A DNA stretch of 64,000 nucleotides from Rosistilla oblonga. Lineage in GTDB: Bacteria > Planctomycetota > Planctomycetia > Pirellulales > Pirellulaceae. Where the stretch lies: NCBI RefSeq assembly GCF_007751715.1, contig NZ_CP036292.1, forward strand, positions 3,849,339-3,913,338, read 5' to 3'. A program made the position numbers and the translations under genes. Shown here in pieces: positions 63,910-64,000 of this stretch; position 1 is the stretch's first letter; the number at the start of each line of letters is the position of its first letter. The notes below the pieces were generated by a model. It was not told where the DNA came from. It was given only the letters and a program-made list of their open reading frames with translations, and did not search any database.

Positions 63910-64000
63910 GTGAAGAACTCACCTGCTTTGCGAGCGTATTCTCTCCTGCCGACGCTCCTTCTCCTCAGCATCATCAGCGTTCCCAGCAATGCTGCCGACG
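63910..64000 (+). CDS. 5' end of a gene encoding a secreted protein. It is partial, has a GTG start, and possibly encodes a polysaccharide-export component.
   Basis: 'VKNSPALRAYSLLPTLLLLSIISVPSNAAD' looks like a signal peptide. It lies immediately downstream of the Wzc-like gene. The ORF is cut off by the window end. Confidence 0.3.
   Translation, partial: MKNSPALRAYSLLPTLLLLSIISVPSNAAD

Overview
GC-rich chromosomal segment with the gene content typical of a Planctomycetota (Pirellulaceae/Rhodopirellula-like) genome. It carries three copies of the Planctomycete-specific DUF1501 and PSCyt/DUF1549/DUF1553 gene pairs, Ser/Thr kinases, an ECF sigma factor, and secreted hydrolases. About 37 protein-coding genes are supported; no rRNA, tRNA, CRISPR array, integrase or transposase was seen. 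Recognisable housekeeping genes are glucose-6-phosphate isomerase, PPi-type phosphofructokinase, UDP-glucose 6-dehydrogenase, a glycogen debranching enzyme, and the ribosome-biogenesis GTPase RbgA. Accessory content includes an ECF-sigma/TPR-kinase module, a receptor-type Ser/Thr kinase, a glycosyltransferase-sulfotransferase fusion protein, and a D-amino-acid/peptide catabolic cluster (M19 dipeptidase, S11 DD-carboxypeptidase, isoaspartyl peptidase, DadA-like oxidase). It also includes a Wzc-like tyrosine autokinase with an unusually long Tyr-rich tail. The most unusual locus is a co-directional NfeD(YqiJ)-like membrane protein, a flotillin/SPFH protein, and a 1787-aa soluble protein with a dynein/MoxR-like AAA+ module at 30.3-38.7 kb. 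I could not assign this trio to any described system. All calls rest on reading the six-frame translations and the nucleotide sequence. No database search was run.
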